A DNA stretch of 64,000 nucleotides from Eukaryota sp. TZLM1-RC (Eukaryota > Protista > Metamonada: BaSk clade): assembly GCA_040285825.1 (NCBI GenBank), contig JAUPSS010000008.1, positions 992,001 through 1,056,000 on the forward strand, given 5' to 3'. The notes under the pieces are model-generated. The model was not told where the DNA came from, did no database searches, and was given only the letters and a program-made list of their open reading frames with translations. Of the stretch, positions 33,869 to 44,810 are shown piece after piece (positions within the stretch are counted from its first letter, which is position 1; each line of letters opens with the position of its first letter). The position numbers were made by a program, and so were the translations under genes.

Positions 33869-34266
33869 ATTTCAAGCTTATTTTAAACAGATCACTTAAA
33901 GTTCTGTTTAAACACATGTTATAGTTATTGATCATTGGCTCACAACTGTTTTACTTGAGTTGAAAATTATATGGATCATAATTTTAGTGGAAAATATCTG
34001 ATTCACCTCTCGAATTTAAAACTCAATTTAAGATCAAATAAAGGACTGAAGACACAGTGAGTCTCTGCTTGAACTTTATGTCTAACCAGTCCTGGTATAA
34101 AGTGTCAGAGATATTTTTGAATAAACTAAAATTAATGGTACCCTCTATGATACATTTAGTCATTGTATTAATAAATTAAAAAAATTAAATTAAAATTAAA
34201 TAATATGAACTTGCATATAGAACAAAAGTTAGGTCAAAATATTAACTTTTTGTTGACCTACAACAC

Positions 34267-35290
34267 CTAAATCAATTCAATCAGAACTAATGTGACTACA
34301 TTCATTAAACCAAGACTATTTTCTACAAAATCATCATCTAGTTGTTTATTTGCCATTGCTTCACTCAAGTTAAAGTAGATTTTTCTGACAATTTTTTTGT
34401 TAATTTTTTTATTAAAAACGTATAAATTAACATCTAAATGATAATCCATCTGCCAAAACAAAAACACCAACTGCAACTCTTTTATAGTGAAATCCAAGAG
34501 AAAGCAAAGCATCAAAAACCATCTTCAACATTATCCTTAAAAATAGAAAACACAATTCAATTTTGCCAAAACAATCTATTGAAATTTCTGTTAGTTCTTC
34601 TCTTTACAATCATTTCAAAATCTGCCAAAAAACTTATAGCCGTTGGAGCAAGCGAACCAAATAGAAAAAATACAAGTGGATACAAATTGTATTTTGCATG
34701 CTGTTGACTGGACAATTTGGACATAGGTTCATTGTATTTTTTGATTTTGAAATTTTCAGCATTTGAAAGAGGATTATGAATTTCAGAATTCACAAGCCTT
34801 TCATTTGAGGCATTACAAGGATCAACAGACATTACCTCCAATAAAATGAAGCTTCCATCTCATCCAGTTAACATTACATCACCTCTATTATTTTTATGAA
34901 AATCATCTTCAGTATCAAACAGATTTGACAACAGAGGTTCCAAAAAGGATTCAATTTCATGAGACTTACACACACAGAATAATTGGTCTCTTACAGCATC
35001 GTGAACCTTGCTTCTAAAAGTAATAAAATGTTTACAATTTAACAAATGAGTAATTGTAATTTATCGAGAACATTTACAAATTAAATTATGAGGTAAATTT
35101 TCAGGCCAGATAAAGGAACGTAATCTTATATTCATAGTCCAAGCAGAATCAATTAAAAGAGTACCATAAACTTGAAGAATTGTTGTTACTAATGCAGAAG
35201 AAGTACTATCACCCATATCTTGTAAAAGATTTGCGAAAGCGAGATTCTTTTTCTTGACCAAACCAAATCTAACATCAAAATCCAAAATAT
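34267..35290 (-). mobile_element. 5'-truncated, decayed RLE non-LTR retrotransposon
   Basis: CKC...H...C...VHDAVRD, NRGD, EVMSVD, KIKKY and LYPLVFFLFGSL motifs. A 3' UTR variant GTCACATTAGTTCTGATTGAA lies at 34270-34295. Confidence 0.8.
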
Positions 35291-35496
35291 ATTTGACAAT
35301 GTTCTCATTCTTAAAAATAAAAAAATGTTCTCAAGTTCAAATTATTAATAGATTAACCTTTTTTCATCCTATAAGAGAAGCAAGCAGATGTAGTTTTTGC
35401 ACATGAATTGATGATTAAAACAATTTTGATCAATGTATTTTGAAACAAAACTCCAAAACTCCAAAACCTACCATTACATCAAGACTTACTTTCATT

Positions 35497-36983
35497 ATGG
35501 CGAAACTTATGCCTGAGCTTGAATACAACACAATCAGTGCTGTCAATGGTCCTCTTGTGATCGTTGACAATGTCTGTGTTTGTGCACCATTTACATTTCC
35601 TCAACAAAGACTCCCAAGTATGCCGAAATCGTAACTCTTCGTCTTGGTAATGGAAAAATATGCACTGGACAAGTACTTGAAGTGTCTGGTTCTCGATCTG
35701 TTATCCAAGTTTTTGAAGGTACTACTGGCGTCGACTCTGTCAATACTACAGTGAAGTTTTCTGGTGATACAATGAAGATGCCCGTCTCAGACCAAATGCT
35801 TGGTCGAGTTTTTAACGGTTCGGGGACACCAATAGATGGTGGACCTCCTGTTTTGGCAGAGAAGTATCTTGATATAGCAGGCGATCCCATTAATCCAACA
35901 TCTAGAGATTACCCGCAACAAATGCTGGAAACAGGAATCAGTGCTATTGATACTATGAATTCAATCTGTTTGGGACAGAAGATTCCAATCTTTTCTGGTA
36001 GTGGGCTTCCTCATGACCAAATAGCTTCACAGGTATGTCCCAGTTCTTGTCTCATATCAGATATGTAGACAAGCAGCTCTAGTACAAGGAGGAATCGAAG
36101 AGGATTCATTTTGTATTGTTTTTGCTGCAATTGGTGTCAATTAGTATCTCATTTGTCGTAAGCTGACTTTAGTGAAACTGCACGGTTTTTTCAAACATCG
36201 TTTGAGGAGTCTGGTTCATTAGAACGTACAGTTGTTTTTCTTTCCCTAGCTAATGATCCCACAATCGAAAGAATCATTACTCCACGCTTAGCCTTGACGA
36301 CAGCAGAGTATCTTGCATTTGAACTCGGTAAACATGTACTCGTCATCATGACAGATATGACCAACTATGCAGATGCTCTAAGAGAAGTGTCTGCTGCCAG
36401 GGAGGAAGTTCCAAGCAGACGTGGATACCCCAGCTTTCTTTATACTGATCTAGCTTCGTTATATGAACGTGCAGGACGAATTAAAGGCAACCCAGGTTCC
36501 ATAACTCAAATACCGATACTGACGATGCCAAATGACGATCTTACTCATCCAGTGCCTGATGTCACTGGTTTTATCACAGAGGGGCAGATATTTATTGATC
36601 GTAAACTTCATAATCGCCATGTGTATCCCCCCATCAATGTTCTACCGTCCCTGTCTAGACTTATGAAGAGAGCTGTTGGTGAAGGCTACACCAGAGAGGA
36701 TCATCCAGACGTCTCTAACCAGTTGTACATTAACTATGCTTCGGGAAAAGATGCTAAAGCTATGGTTAGTGTTATAGGAATAGATGGCCTCACCAGCGAA
36801 GACAGGTTGTATTTAGAATTTGAAGAGCGTTTTGAGACTGAGTTTCTTGCCCAGAAGAAGGAAGAACGCCGCTCAATTGTACAGTCACTTGATTTAGCTT
36901 GGGATCTCTTGAGGCTTGTTCCCAGAGAGTATTTGAAACGTATTTCTTCAACTGTTTTAAATAAGTATTATAAACGTGGTTAG
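35497..36983 (+). CDS. ATP6V1B: V-type ATPase subunit B (4 exons; introns 35578-35609, 36033-36060, 36144-36172)
   Basis: [53 protein letters not shown] and YERAGR motifs. Three GT-AG introns of 32, 28 and 29 nt restore one continuous frame. Confidence 0.95.
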
Positions 36984-37479
36984 TGTTTTCTTTGACTTTG
37001 ATTGAAATGAAATTATGAATGTACATGGTTGTTCATCTCATTATTTAAGACACAAAAGAGGAATGATGACAAGTAGCAAAGATCCAAGGGTTACATTATG
37101 GTAGCTGGGATATGAATTGACACCAAAGGAGATTAGTTGATTTTTACAAAAATGGTTTTTCCAATGTACTTCCTTATTTTAGTGACAGGTTTGTTTTAAA
37201 AGTAAACAATCGAAACCTCCTCAGATTTAGTTAAACTTTTGGGTCACAGGTCTAGAGATTAGATGATTTATAGGTTGAAACTTATGATTGAAATTTGGAA
37301 TGAAAATGAATCTAATTATGGTAAAATACATATGTTTCTCTACATCCAATTGCATATGTTGGTTAAATTTTTCAGAAATATGATTCAATTTTCAAATAAT
37401 TGTTTGAAAATTTCGTCATGCTTAAATAGATTCAATGAAAAAGCAAAAACGATTTTATTGCCCTTTCAGTATATAATTA

Positions 37480-38600
37480 ATACCACTGATGAAGTTTCTT
37501 CTGCAGTATTTGCTACAGATGTTTTAATTCATCAAAATAAATCCAATGTTTGTATGTGGTTGGATTTCAGCAATGCATTCAATTCAATTAGTCGTTGCAA
37601 TATCCATGGTGCTTTGTTACAATATTTCCAAGAATTAATGGCCCATTTTCAAACAACTTTTACCACAAATTCTAATTTTCTTTTTGGTGATTCCATTTTG
37701 AAATCATCAAGTGGTGTAAACCAAGGAGATCCTTTAGCACCTCTTTTGTTCTGTTTGGCCATTCATCCTATTTTATTGCAAATTCAAGAGATGTCAAACA
37801 AAAATGAGATTATATTTGAATATAAAGGAAATCTTGGTTCAATGATAGTCGTTCCATTAGTTATGAGTTAATTTAATTAAGTGTGCAAAGTCAATAAATA
37901 CAAATTTGAACATCCCCATTAATCAATTGATATCAAAAGAAAAAATGTATTTGTTCCAATTCACCTCAACTCACTTTGTGCCATGCTCTGAATTGCTCTA
38001 AATTGATAACTTATCGTTCTTCATTACATGATGCTGTTAGAGACACTTTTCTCAATATGGCACAAACTGCAAGAATATCGCGTATCAAAGAGCCCCTGCT
38101 GAAGAAAACAATTTCTCAGAATAATTTTGGTTCTGATGATAGAGGTGATGTATACTGTGATTGGATTGATAATTCTGAAGCTATTGTAGACTTTGTCTCA
38201 TGTAATGTTGCAAATGATACTTTGGTTCACAGAAGAAAACTTAATCCTGTGACTGCTCTTGATTTTAAAGCAAAGAGAAACATAGAAAATATGATAAAGA
38301 AATTGAAGAGGCTAATGCCGATAGAAATACACAGCTGGTTTTTATTGCTTTCCCATTTTCGCTAAATGGAAGATTATCAGATGAAGCAGAAATTTTTTCT
38401 GAATGACTTCCAAAAAATGGTGCAAGAAAAATCAATGAAAAGATTTGATATATTTTTATGGCGTTCACGGATTCAATTTGCCATTATTAATAGATTACCA
38501 CGGTTTTTCAATCGAATAAGAGAAGCTTTAGCTAGACAGCAATCAGATCAAGATTTTGTAGTGGAAACCTTGGTTCAATGATATTCGTCCCATTATTTAT
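37480..38600 (+). mobile_element. Composite RLE retrotransposon remnant (RT fragment + family A C-terminus, with an 83-bp self-insertion)
   Basis: RT motifs LDFSNAFNSISR and GVNQGDPLAP, then LHDAVRD, DRGD and FDIFLWRSRIQF. The insertion 37821-37903 is flanked by ATTTGAA. Confidence 0.85.
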
Positions 38601-38662
38601 GATTTTATTCATTTATTTATCTTTCATATAGTTGGAAGTACGACTTCTTTACTGGAAGTCAA

Positions 38663-41600
38663 ATGCCCAATGACAATCTTGTTCTTCAAGGTCTTTTACG
38701 CCTAAAAGATGGTTTCTTTGGCCATTCAAAGAAGTTCTTTAGATTAGAAGGCGTCTGTCTAAATTATTATGGATCTGTGGCTGAGGCTGATTCAGATCCC
38801 TTAGGTTCCATTCCTTTGATCAATGCTTCTTTTACTCGCAATGGAGATCGTTTTCAAATTGAAACACCCACCAGGACCTTTTACTTACTCGGTAGAACCC
38901 CATCTGAGTCAGCCTCTTGGGTACGTGCATTAAAAAATGCACAAAACATTCTCAAAGCCTCTTCTTCCCAACCTGAAGAAAGCATTCATTCACTACACGA
39001 AGAAGAACTTAGACGTTTAACCTCAAGCTCTCAACAAAACAAATCATCTGCTCAAGTCCCTGTCACCCAAACCACCCCTTCCAATACATCAGTTCCCACT
39101 GCTGTTCAACCCAGTCCTCCATCCGCTTCCTCTTCCTTTACCTCGAAGCAACCGCTTGTCATTGCTTCTACTCTTGCTAAGGAAAACTACCTTACCACTG
39201 CTGATGCTCTTCTTCTTCCTCAGTTACTGGATTCTGAGAGCGAAGAGGAATTTAAAATAACACAACAGGAAGAGAAATCACCTGTTCGGTCTGATAATAT
39301 CCCTAACCCTAACCCTAACCCTAACCCTAACTCTAACCCTCAGTTTAATGAATCTGTCAAATCCGTTAATAGTATTTCTTCAGATGTTTTAGAAGTCATT
39401 CTGGATTCTGATTCTTGTGAAGATATTCCGTTCTTTGAAGGCGATTCTGCTGTTGTAGAACATAATGTGAAGTCAGTAGATCGTAAGGTTACTGACTTTG
39501 CTGGAAATGATAAGGTTGTTCCTGATGACAAGGAAGTTGAGGGTAAAGTACCGATTGTGGAGAGTTTAGTCAAGAATGATCCGCAAGAAAATGAAAAGTC
39601 TCAGGAAGTCAAGGAAAGTCAACCAGTAATCAATCAAATGACATCATTTGATGATTTTGCTGCCGAAAATGCACATATGGTTCCTGAAAAAGAGGAAGCA
39701 TCACCGAAATCTGATGATAAAGTTTCTGAAACAACTAACCCTAACCCTAACCTCGACACCAACATTTCTAAATCAACTAACCCTAACCCTAACCTCGACA
39801 CCAACATTTCTAAATCAAGTGAGTCAGTTGAGCCAAAGACCGAAGCCAAATCAGAAGTTCAAATTGATGAGTCTCCAGCTTTGGAAGAACCTAAAGTCAA
39901 CATAAAGTCCCCTGAAAAGGAAGGTGAAAACACAGTTGAGAAAAGCGAAGTAAGTTCAATTACGACAGAACAAGTAAATGACAGTAAAAAGGAAAAGTTA
40001 AGGAAAGAAGAAACAGCAGTTGAATCTACTTCGGAAACAGTAGAGCCACAAACGGAGCAGAAAGATCTCCCTCAAGTTGCCCAAAATCTCACACCTTCTC
40101 CATTGAAAGAACCCAAAGAAGAGAAGACATTTTCTGACAGCAATAATTCAAAGCGGGATCAAACGGCTAGGTCTGTAAATCAAAAACCTTCAAAAGCTAC
40201 CATTAAACAAGAGAATTTAGTCAAGTCTGGTCAAGAAAAGGTGCAAAAATCACGAGAAAGTAGAAGACCAGAACCTATTGAAGTTAAGCCAGCACGACCA
40301 AGTAGAGGCCCTGTCAAAATTAGTGAATCTAAAGCCTCTGACACTAAACGAAAGTCAGCTTCAGTCAAACAGAGTTCACCAAAGTCAACTGAGAGGGCTT
40401 CAAAAAACAACACTCAGAAGATCTCCAAATCAAAAAGTAGTCAATCACTGAGTCAACAGCGGTCAGCAGAAACTAGGCAACCACATTCCTCTAATCCAAT
40501 CAAAACCAATCAATCAAAGTCTGACTCAGTCACTACATCAAAGAGAAGAACTGAACAAATTGTACCAAAGCAACGTAAACCAAGGCCTTCACAAGTAATT
40601 GAGTCTCCTAAACCTGAGGAAACTGAGAACCTTTTCCAACAAGATCATGGATTGGTTGTTGAGTTGGAGGAGCCTGGTGACGTCACTGGTTTCTTTTCTT
40701 CCAAAAGAGGAAAGAAGGGAACTATACCTAACGAAATCTTTGCTGTCAGAGTTTCTGATATCGAATTTGTCCCTTCCCGTGGTGGCTGGCAACTTTCTCC
40801 TGATTGTAGGTCTTTACTTGGTGTTGCTAGATTCCCCATATGCAGAAGAGCAGCGGCTGTTGTGGTACCAGTCCCTAAAGAACCAACTAGTCATTCTCAG
40901 TTAATGTTACGAAGGGATCCTGTGTCTTTGATTTGGGAGGTGTTCTCTAACAAAAATGCTGAATCTGGTTTAGATAAAACTTTACAGCAAGCTCAGAGTG
41001 ATTTAATTTCAGAAAAACATGTTGAATCGAACCCCTTGTCGTCTATTGAAGCTCTCTCTTCCTCGGAACCTGACCCCATAGCTTATGAATTACTCCAAAA
41101 AGTTGCTGAACTTCACACAGTGGGAAAGGTAAGTAATGATGGTGAAAAGATTTATATTGTGGGTTCGTCTCCTGTACCGCATCAAATTGTTCAACTATTA
41201 TACAAGGCTTTATCGACTGGACTCAAAGGTAATGGATTATTGGCAGCTGTCGACCTCTGGACTGCCATCTCTGATTCCAAGCTTCCTGCAGTCAAGACCT
41301 TGGTTAATGAAGTGTCAGGTCTTGCTCTCCCAAGAATGCCAAAGTTTGAGCAAGGGAGAATGAAGTGTGTTTTGCTTCTACGTCTCTCTTTCAACAGTTC
41401 TCGACTGGCTGTTCTCCTACGAGCACTAGCGGCAGACGTCGTTCTTTTGGGCTCATTTTGGTCTCATGATGCACCTATAAGAAACAGCGCTGTTGGACAT
41501 TATGTAGCGGTGGCGGAAATGCTCGATTCTCAGTTTTCGTTTAATTTGCCTGTAAGGTTCAAGGCTGATCAAGATGTTACCTCTTTGAAAACTATCAACA

Positions 41601-42211
41601 ATTATAAACATTCTACAAAAGAAGAGGGATCAAACCTTGAAGAACCATTTAGAACCTTACAAGGAAAGGTAACAAAGCTACTGAATCACCTTCAAAACAG
41701 TCAATCCTCAACTGTTGGTTGTGAGCCTCATGATGTTGGTATGTCTTCTCTTGTGCGTGGAGGTTTGGCAACAGCATTGTGGAATATTCTTTCACTCGGC
41801 GCCAAACCTACTGTTAAAATAATCCAACGAAATTCTGTTTGGAGAATGATTCAAGATTATCCCTTCACCCAATTTTCTCACATGCTGAACGAAATCAACA
41901 CTATCAAGAACTATCCACACTTCACAGACGAAACTCAACGGTTCAGAGCTTTTATTTGCGAGTGTCTTGAACGGAGGGTTTTGGGTAAAGTTTTGAGGGC
42001 TCTCTTGTCTGATGAAACAGTCGTCTATCGACATTACTTTGCTAATGCTTCAAGTGTAGCCAAGTGTAGTGATGCATTAGATCGTTTAGTGGGTATTTTG
42101 GAACCATTGTCTTCATTTTCCTTTCATTTTGTACTTGATTTTGAGCTTCAATACCTGACTGAAGATGGTAATGTAAGAAAGTCTTCTGATCAACGTACAG
42201 GTTCTTTGTAG
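38663..42211 (+). CDS. PH-domain and RUN-domain protein with a long disordered linker
   Basis: N-terminal PH domain (LQGLLRLK...FQIETPTRTFYL...WVRAL); C-terminal RUN-like region (RFRAFICECLERRVL...LVGILEPLSSFSF). Confidence 0.75.
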   Translation: MPNDNLVLQGLLRLKDGFFGHSKKFFRLEGVCLNYYGSVAEADSDPLGSIPLINASFTRNGDRFQIETPTRTFYLLGRTPSESASWVRALKNAQNILKASSSQPEESIHSLHEEELRRLTSSSQQNKSSAQVPVTQTTPSNTSVPTAVQPSPPSASSSFTSKQPLVIASTLAKENYLTTADALLLPQLLDSESEEEFKITQQEEKSPVRSDNIPNPNPNPNPNSNPQFNESVKSVNSISSDVLEVILDSDSCEDIPFFEGDSAVVEHNVKSVDRKVTDFAGNDKVVPDDKEVEGKVPIVESLVKNDPQENEKSQEVKESQPVINQMTSFDDFAAENAHMVPEKEEASPKSDDKVSETTNPNPNLDTNISKSTNPNPNLDTNISKSSESVEPKTEAKSEVQIDESPALEEPKVNIKSPEKEGENTVEKSEVSSITTEQVNDSKKEKLRKEETAVESTSETVEPQTEQKDLPQVAQNLTPSPLKEPKEEKTFSDSNNSKRDQTARSVNQKPSKATIKQENLVKSGQEKVQKSRESRRPEPIEVKPARPSRGPVKISESKASDTKRKSASVKQSSPKSTERASKNNTQKISKSKSSQSLSQQRSAETRQPHSSNPIKTNQSKSDSVTTSKRRTEQIVPKQRKPRPSQVIESPKPEETENLFQQDHGLVVELEEPGDVTGFFSSKRGKKGTIPNEIFAVRVSDIEFVPSRGGWQLSPDCRSLLGVARFPICRRAAAVVVPVPKEPTSHSQLMLRRDPVSLIWEVFSNKNAESGLDKTLQQAQSDLISEKHVESNPLSSIEALSSSEPDPIAYELLQKVAELHTVGKVSNDGEKIYIVGSSPVPHQIVQLLYKALSTGLKGNGLLAAVDLWTAISDSKLPAVKTLVNEVSGLALPRMPKFEQGRMKCVLLLRLSFNSSRLAVLLRALAADVVLLGSFWSHDAPIRNSAVGHYVAVAEMLDSQFSFNLPVRFKADQDVTSLKTINNYKHSTKEEGSNLEEPFRTLQGKVTKLLNHLQNSQSSTVGCEPHDVGMSSLVRGGLATALWNILSLGAKPTVKIIQRNSVWRMIQDYPFTQFSHMLNEINTIKNYPHFTDETQRFRAFICECLERRVLGKVLRALLSDETVVYRHYFANASSVAKCSDALDRLVGILEPLSSFSFHFVLDFELQYLTEDGNVRKSSDQRTGSL
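39301..39340 (+). repeat. Telomere-type (CCCTAA)n tract inside CDS
   Basis: (CCCTAA)5 followed by CTCTAACCCT, encoding PNPNPNPNPNSNP. Confidence 0.95.
39732..39818 (+). repeat. Perfect 42-bp tandem duplication containing CTAACCCTAACCCTAACC
   Basis: Units 39732-39773 and 39774-39815 are identical. Confidence 0.95.
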
Positions 42212-42288
42212 TTTTGCTTCATTTATTTTATTGTTATTGTGTATATTGTAATTATTAGATGTAATTTTATTAAATATTGTTTTTAAAG

Positions 42289-43245
42289 TCATTTATTTTC
42301 ACTTAAATCTTTTTTAAACTGATTCCATAACCGATCCAATCGTGGCTTAGAGACTCCAGGACATCCAAAAGAAAGCCTGTCATTGAATGGAGGATTATCG
42401 TGTGGAAGATGAAGCAACCAAGCATGAGGATGAACCCTAAAGCCAAACTTTTGAGCAATTTCATACACATTAGATACACGATTTCGATATCCATAACAGA
42501 AACGTTCATCAAAACGTGGAGCATGTCCTGCAGAAATGACAAAGTATGGTTCTGCGTTCTCTGATTTATGGTCAACTTCATAGTATTCATTTGCTGAAAA
42601 CCATTGTTCAAAGTTGGTCATTCCATGGCAATTGAAGCAGTGATTTTTGAATCGAACCAACTGTTCTTGTCTGAACATGAAAATGACTTCCTCCTTGGTT
42701 ATAGGAACCGGCAACAGATTGTGCAACTCAAATGCTGGTAAAATCGTCACAGTGTTAATGGGAGTCTCTAATGTGTGGCCCTGAGCAAATGGTATTATAT
42801 CCACATCGAGATTGATGAGATTGTCTGTCTTCACTGCACTCATTGCCAAATTCCTGAGCGAGTTCACAGGAAATCGTTCCTCACTGCTGAAAGCAACAAT
42901 AAATACAGAAGCACAGGGATGTATATCAGAGTGCAACCGATTCAATACTACGTTATATTGCTCATCATTGAAAACAGCTAGGGCTGCAACTAGTGATGCA
43001 TTCCACATATTTGCCTGAACCAAGAGTCGGTTCAATCTGTTGAAGGTCAGTTGTGTTACTAGTGTGGTCGAACCGTTGCAATGTGACCTCCCTTCTATGA
43101 ATGTACTGTTAAGAGGTAACTTCCAATTTCTATCTCCTTCAAGTTGTTCTTCTAGTGGTGGTAGGATATTGGTTTGGATTGTTGAGTGGGTCTTACAATA
43201 TACTTGCTTTAATAAGATGAGTATGATTATGGATCTCCAAAACAT
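42289..43245 (-). CDS. GT49 / LARGE-like glycosyltransferase
   Basis: TLVTQL, FPVNSLRNLA, DxD (LDVD), ILPAFE, EPYFV, PRFDERF and LHLPH motifs; signal anchor after ATG 43245. Confidence 0.85.
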   Translation of the reverse strand: MFWRSIIILILLKQVYCKTHSTIQTNILPPLEEQLEGDRNWKLPLNSTFIEGRSHCNGSTTLVTQLTFNRLNRLLVQANMWNASLVAALAVFNDEQYNVVLNRLHSDIHPCASVFIVAFSSEERFPVNSLRNLAMSAVKTDNLINLDVDIIPFAQGHTLETPINTVTILPAFELHNLLPVPITKEEVIFMFRQEQLVRFKNHCFNCHGMTNFEQWFSANEYYEVDHKSENAEPYFVISAGHAPRFDERFCYGYRNRVSNVYEIAQKFGFRVHPHAWLLHLPHDNPPFNDRLSFGCPGVSKPRLDRLWNQFKKDLSENK

Positions 43246-43859
43246 ATTGTTCAGATCATAGTTCCTTGATTTAGATTCGATACCCTCAGTCAAGATACCT
43301 GATACCTGTCTTGTTGGTTGAACTGAGAAAACTATACAGCATAAACAGCTGTCACCATCACAATTGATCAAAAGAACTTCCTTATTGGAACAATACTTCG
43401 TTTGTCGTATCAAAATACACGTTCACAAGTCAAAGGGAGATTCATCTCGATTGGTATCTGTGAAACCGCTACTCATGTTCAAACAGTTTTTATAAAATCC
43501 ACATCAAAGAAGATGATGAGAATGCTATCACTTGCTATACGTTACTGTCTCTGTTATTGTATATATCAACTCAACGACTGATTGGAAGTTTTGACACTGT
43601 GAAACACATACTGTCAAATTGACAGTGTGGCATTATTGATAAAAAAAATGATCAGAAGAATTGATATGGTGTTTGAGTTGTGGATAAGAAAAAGGAGGCA
43701 AAGAGAACTTATCTCCTGAAAAATCTATACATTCAGCAACGTTTCTGAGAAGAATGAACAATTGCTCAACTTCTGACAAAATGATGAAAAAAAATCAATA
43801 TAAATAAAAAAAATTGAATGAAAAACAACAATATTTAAGATCAAACAGCAATTACTAAT

Positions 43860-44810
43860 TCAACAATTATTAACAAATTCAACAAAAGAGGACTCTGAAA
43901 ATGTTAACGTTGATTGAGCACCAGCTTTGCCTACCTTATCCCCAGCCACTCTCATAGCAGCTTTAAGAGACTGCTCCAAAGGGAATCCCAACGCCAGCGC
44001 TGCACACAAGGAACCACAGCAGGCATCTCCTGCACCTGTAGTATCTACTACCTTTTCAACTGTTGTGGCAGGAATAGAAACTATTGGAGTTTGATCTCCA
44101 TAACCTATTATGGCCCCTTCTTTTCCCAATGTAATGACAACTGATTTAAAATACCTACAGAGAGTCTCCATAAGTTTTATAGGTTCAACTGTTGTGTAAA
44201 GGTCAAATTGCTCAACCAACGACGATGCCTCAATAGTGTTTACAATTAAAAGGTCTACCAACTCTGGTAAAAGTTTAACCTGGCATGTTACAGAAACTGG
44301 TGCAAAGTTGAATACTGTAAAGATATTCAATTTTTTGCATTCTCTTAAAAAATGAAGTGTTGTTGATAATGAAAGCTCCCCTTGGACAAGACCAATCAAC
44401 TTGTTGGCCTTGAGAAGGGAGTTACCATAACTGTCAAAGAAATGATCCACCATTTGATCACCTAACTCAAGATTAGCTCCCGGGTTCAAAATGATTTGAT
44501 TTTCCCCAGATTCATCAATCGTAATCGATGCTAGACCACTAGAACACCCTGCAATCACGTTATTGTGATGTTTGAGACAAGAAAAAGAGGACAGATGTTG
44601 AGAGTAAGCCTTACCAAATATGTCGTCACCCAAGGCAGAAATGAGATGTGTTTCAACACCACACTTAGCACATGCTATTGCTTGATTGGCACCTTTCCCT
44701 CCAAACCCCTGGGTAAATGACTTTGCCTGTAGAGTTTCTCCAGGGGTAGGAAAATGTGACGCATAGAAAGAAAGATCGGTATTGAGAGATCCACAAATGA
44801 TCACAGACAT
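43860..44810 (-). CDS. RBKS: Ribokinase (PfkB family)
   Basis: GSLNTD, GGKGANQA, GENQI, VITLGKEGA and DTTGAGD motifs. Confidence 0.92.
   Translation of the reverse strand: MSVIICGSLNTDLSFYASHFPTPGETLQAKSFTQGFGGKGANQAIACAKCGVETHLISALGDDIFGKAYSQHLSSFSCLKHHNNVIAGCSSGLASITIDESGENQIILNPGANLELGDQMVDHFFDSYGNSLLKANKLIGLVQGELSLSTTLHFLRECKKLNIFTVFNFAPVSVTCQVKLLPELVDLLIVNTIEASSLVEQFDLYTTVEPIKLMETLCRYFKSVVITLGKEGAIIGYGDQTPIVSIPATTVEKVVDTTGAGDACCGSLCAALALGFPLEQSLKAAMRVAGDKVGKAGAQSTLTFSESSFVEFVNNC

Noticed and set aside
39732-39818. Possible CRISPR-like repeat
   Set aside because: Contiguous tandem duplication with no spacers, inside a eukaryotic CDS.
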